The notes beneath the pieces were generated by a model. The model was given only the letters and a program-made list of their open reading frames with translations. It searched no databases and had not been told where the DNA came from. DNA of 64,000 nt. Source: Gammaproteobacteria bacterium. Lineage in GTDB: Bacteria; Pseudomonadota; Gammaproteobacteria; GCA-001735895. Position 1 is the first letter of the stretch, and each line of letters opens with the position of its first letter. The stretch spans positions 2,597-66,596 of the forward strand of contig JAOTXY010000009.1 of NCBI GenBank assembly GCA_029862125.1, in the 5' to 3' direction. This document shows, piece after piece, positions 61,288-64,000 of the stretch. The position numbers and the translations under genes are program-made.

Positions 61288-62001
61288 ATGAAGCGCGAGC
61301 TAAGTAACATTAAGGTCTCGATTGAATTAAGTCGAGACCAAATCATTGAGGGATACCTCAATGATGTGACGCCTACGAGTCAAGCGATTTCTGTTGCGAT
61401 ACTCCCAGCTAATCCAGAACTACCGATTCCAGGGACTAATTTAAACCTGCACTTTGAAATTCCTGGGGTAGATCCCCTGGTCCAAATACTCGCGGTGGTT
61501 AAAAAAGCGTGCAAAAAAAGTGGGAAATGTTTTCTCGATCTGGAGGTGATTGACTGGCATGAATTTCATCGCCACTTACCCTCGAATCTTTCCACCAACT
61601 TCAATCGACGGCGCCACTTTCGTGTCAACATGCCACGGCTAAATGAAACTGAAGTCTCGGTGCTGTCGATGCAGAGCGGGCGTTCGCTGAGCGCCACGAT
61701 GCTGGATATCTCTGTAAAAGGCAGCAAATTGTCCTTTGCTTTGGACGAGGCCCCGATTGTCGGCGAAACCCTTCGAATCAAGTTCTGCTTGCCAACGTCC
61801 GAATACCAACTCGAATTGTTGGCAACCGTAACCGGCCGATGGAAGATCAAGAACGCCAGGAATTGTGGCGTTGAATTTAAGGATAACTCACCGGCAGAAG
61901 AGAAACCTTTCTTAGCCCAGCAAAAATTGATATCTCAATACGTCATGGAACGTCAGCGGGAGTTGACCCGAATGGGTATTAAGACCGATTCTCGAGGGTA
62001 G
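61288..62001 (+). CDS. PilZ-domain protein (candidate c-di-GMP receptor), inverted candidate cassette ORF
   Basis: 237 aa. RRRHFRVNM (RxxxR) and DISVKGSKL (D/NxSxxG) motifs about 30 aa apart, as in PilZ domains. N-terminal about 100 aa unknown. Opposite strand to the other array ORFs. Confidence 0.55.
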   Translation: MKRELSNIKVSIELSRDQIIEGYLNDVTPTSQAISVAILPANPELPIPGTNLNLHFEIPGVDPLVQILAVVKKACKKSGKCFLDLEVIDWHEFHRHLPSNLSTNFNRRRHFRVNMPRLNETEVSVLSMQSGRSLSATMLDISVKGSKLSFALDEAPIVGETLRIKFCLPTSEYQLELLATVTGRWKIKNARNCGVEFKDNSPAEEKPFLAQQKLISQYVMERQRELTRMGIKTDSRG

Positions 62002-62252
62002 ATTCAGGTCGGTGAAATCTACAATTATACGATCGACGAATCCTACCTGATCTCAGGTTGTTAATAGACAGTTACACAGTTTTATCTACAGTCTCGCGAA
62101 ACTTGTCAGAATTTCGTAAAACGCTACATTTAGAAAAACCGGGGCAGGCTTAGTGAGCGACTTCCGTTTTCGATATGGACAATTGAGTATTTGATCGATG
62201 GAATGACCGCGACTTCAATCGATTCTCACTGTTAGTCTCCTGTTGATGTCGA

Positions 62253-62341
62253 GGGTCCGTAACTGGCCAAAGATTGCCTCCTGGCTCAGCCAGTTCAGGG
62301 TCTCCTTTGGAGGTAACAGACCTTCGTCATGGAATAATAGT
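62253..62341. repeat. cassette-associated repeat, copy D
   Basis: gggtccgtaactggccaaagattgcctcctg...cagggtctcctttggaggtaacagacc aligns with copies B and C. Preceded by GTTAGTC (62231-62237). GNAT ORF stop lies 24 bp to its right. Confidence 0.55.
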
Positions 62342-62364
62342 GCTCTGAAACTGCCCCAAATTCA

Positions 62365-62964
62365 TTACTCTACTGAACGAATCATCAGCAGGGCATTACC
62401 CTCGTAGTGAATCAACGGATGTGGGACTACTGGTGCTTGGTCCACCACGGTGTATCCCAGCATGTCGTACAGTTTTACAGCTCCCTTGTTCTGTTCAAAT
62501 GCTACCAATGACAAGGTTGTAAATTTGTTTTCCCCGGCTTGCTCGCTGGCTAAATACATTAATCGTGTCCCCAGCCCACGACCGCGATGTTGGGGGTATA
62601 ACGCGACGCCGCATACATACCAACTGTTTGGTTCTTCCAGATAAATGTAAGGTGCGAATACGTTTTCATCATCGGCAGCAGGACGATTTTTCGGATTTCT
62701 CGGTTCGGCCTCAGGCATGCCAAAGGCCAGCAACATACCGGCTACTTCACCATTTATTTCCAGGATAGTTGTATTGTTAAAAGAATAATCCCCATGGGGA
62801 TTTTGATAGGTCTGTTCACCAATGTCGAGTGGGTCACAATGCTCTATCTCGGCTTGTTCATGCCATTCAATTTCGGCAACTCCATCGGATGATATGGCAA
62901 TGAGCTTGGCAATGTCACGGGCATCGTCCCGGGTGGCGGTCCGGATTGCATATTCATGTGACAT
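62365..62964 (-). CDS. GNAT-family N-acetyltransferase, candidate cassette ORF
   Basis: 199 aa. Acetyl-CoA-binding motif region (VALYPQHRGRGLGTRLM) and overall GNAT length. Confidence 0.75.
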   Translation of the reverse strand: MSHEYAIRTATRDDARDIAKLIAISSDGVAEIEWHEQAEIEHCDPLDIGEQTYQNPHGDYSFNNTTILEINGEVAGMLLAFGMPEAEPRNPKNRPAADDENVFAPYIYLEEPNSWYVCGVALYPQHRGRGLGTRLMYLASEQAGENKFTTLSLVAFEQNKGAVKLYDMLGYTVVDQAPVVPHPLIHYEGNALLMIRSVE

Positions 62965-63009
62965 ATCAATTAACTTTGAAAAAAATATTGATTCAGATTA
63001 CCTATATTT

Positions 63010-63217
63010 CGCTAACACATGCGAGATACAGGATAACACCCCAGAGCATATAAAGAATTAACTCATGCTCCTTTGAATCGGTGAATATCGAATCACGACA
63101 TCTGCAAGGGTCCGCTTCTGGCCGAAGGTCGCCTCCTGAATTTCGCTTATGAGCGTCCGTTATCGGGAAGTTGGCAGCGCAGCGCGTGGCCTAGTCCGAC
63201 TGCATGGATTGTTAGGC
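63010..63217 (-). repeat. long (208-bp) attC-like element: CGCTAAC ... repeat core (63108-63205) ... GTTAGGC
   Basis: Terminal 7-mers are near-perfect inverted repeats matching the integron R''/R' consensus (RYYYAAC/GTTRRRY). Inner boxes catgcgag / ctgcatgg are complementary apart from one extra base. On the minus strand the upstream ORF's TGA stop lies 3 bp from GCCTAAC. Confidence 0.5.
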
Positions 63218-63220
63218 CTT

Positions 63221-63718
63221 TCACTCAATTATCTCTATTGATTCAAGGATGCTGCTTACGATGCTCTCACTTGTTCCCGTGAAAGGCCAATGTGAAACAT
63301 GAAGATCTATACAAATACCATCCTTTGCAAAATATGCATGGCCATTTGCCGTTTTGAAAGCTTGACCTTTATATTCTCCTCCAGATTGATGTGTGGCGTA
63401 GTATGCTTTAGTGTCATTTCGGGTTTTAATAGTGGATTTAACCATCACCGGGTTTGCTTGAGCTTTGGCCCAGAAAGCTTTGAAGCATTCCTCATTGTTA
63501 CTCGATGTCTCAATTTCACTGTTAACACTTATCGTAACTCCTGTTTCAACGCTAGATCCCAAGTATCGAATAATCCTATTTCTAGTTTTCATTTCAATAT
63601 TTGTAATCGGAGGTGTCTCTAGCTTCAATGTCCAGTTTTCATTTGGCATGGTAATGTAGGTTTCTTCCGCATTTGCGACGGGGGATAAAACCAACGCCAG
63701 TACAAATAGCAATCTCAT
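63221..63718 (-). CDS. secreted hypothetical protein, candidate cassette ORF
   Basis: 165 aa. Signal peptide MRLLFVLALVLSPVANA; no family recognised. Start preceded by GAGGAAAT 7 bp upstream and directly by a GTTAGGC box. Confidence 0.45.
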   Translation of the reverse strand: MRLLFVLALVLSPVANAEETYITMPNENWTLKLETPPITNIEMKTRNRIIRYLGSSVETGVTISVNSEIETSSNNEECFKAFWAKAQANPVMVKSTIKTRNDTKAYYATHQSGGEYKGQAFKTANGHAYFAKDGICIDLHVSHWPFTGTSESIVSSILESIEIIE

Positions 63719-63734
63719 GGGTATTTCCTCGTGG

Positions 63735-63795
63735 GCCTAACGCCTCGCATCAGCGGTTTGCCGTAGGCAGGTCCGACTGCATGCGCTTGTTATGT
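63735..63795 (-). repeat. 61-bp attC-like recombination site candidate
   Basis: Plus strand: GCCTAAC-gcctc-GCATCAG-(23 nt loop)-CTGCATGC-gctt-GTTATGT, i.e. R''-spacer-L''-loop-L'-spacer-R' with L''/L' complementary except for one extra base. The 3' 25 nt match copy C (gtccgactgcatg..GTTAgG). Confidence 0.55.
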
Positions 63796-63799
63796 GCAT

Positions 63800-64000
63800 T
63801 CAGCTGTTTGGTGAATTTGCACATTTTTCTTTCCCTTCTGAGAATGAGTGTTCCAGTAAGTTAATTTCAAGAACACTGTCTTCCTGTTCGACTCCAGACA
63901 AACAGAACTTGATCTGGTATCTGCCTGTCCACTCTGACCTTATATTTTCTGCAGTTATACCGCCATCATTTGAAATTTTTGTGGTAACGACATGATTTCG
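63800..64000 (-). CDS. 3' end of an ORF that starts beyond the window (candidate next cassette ORF)
   Basis: Minus-strand frame open from 64000 to the TGA at 63800-63802 (…EINLLEHSFSEGKEKCANSPNS*). The stop is 4 bp from the ACATAAC box of the attC-like element. No start codon within the window. Confidence 0.3.
   Translation of the reverse strand, partial: RNHVVTTKISNDGGITAENIRSEWTGRYQIKFCLSGVEQEDSVLEINLLEHSFSEGKEKCANSPNS

Larger units (their letters stand above)
60377..64000 (-). mobile_element. candidate integron-type gene-cassette array (AT-rich; repeat-punctuated single-ORF units reading on the minus strand), continuing past the window end
   Basis: Visible drop in GC. Five copies of a ~90-bp repeat family. 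Short unrelated ORFs. GTTAGGC/GCCTAAC boxes abut ORF stop and start codons. See findings. Confidence 0.5.

Noticed and set aside
1-64000. CRISPR arrays, tRNA/rRNA genes, IS elements or transposases
   Set aside because: No short regularly spaced direct repeats with unique spacers. No tRNA-like cloverleaf candidates in the larger intergenic regions inspected. No transposase- or integrase-like ORF within the window; any intI would lie beyond position 64000.

Overview
This 64-kb window is from a gammaproteobacterial chromosome. Its gene order (M23 peptidase-anmK ... erpA-bactofilin-argC-hemJ-ptsP-rppH-dcd ... apbC-metG ... rnfABCDGE-nth ... nadC ... amgK-murU-mazG ... motAB ... dinB ... degP-hsp20-uspA) resembles Pseudomonadales and Cellvibrionales core-genome neighbourhoods. 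Most of it is densely packed housekeeping genes at roughly 55% GC. No rRNA, tRNA or CRISPR was recognised. Four small islands of lineage-specific genes interrupt the conserved synteny: a three-gene insertion between anmK and erpA (beta-barrel protein, very acidic secreted protein, HEAT-repeat protein); an FHA-membrane protein plus trypsin-like protease pair attached to metG; a degenerate leuB-family remnant next to a TPP enzyme and a ClC channel; and a second stator-like MotAB set followed by PilZ and HDOD proteins. The last ~3.7 kb (about 60.3-64.0 kb) is visibly AT-richer. There a ~90-bp imperfect repeat occurs five times, each copy following a single short unrelated ORF (DUF4177-like, PilZ, GNAT acetyltransferase, secreted protein, plus a partial ORF running off the window). 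Two copies carry GTTAGGC/GCCTAAC-type boxes, and one 61-bp element has a textbook attC layout (R''-L''-loop-L'-R') with ORF stop and start codons directly abutting the boxes. I read this as an integron-type gene-cassette array, or an attC-like repeat-punctuated cassette island, reading on the minus strand with its origin beyond the right edge of the window. It is the most interesting thing here. All calls rest on reading translated ORFs and the DNA by eye, so family assignments beyond clearly conserved motifs are inference.
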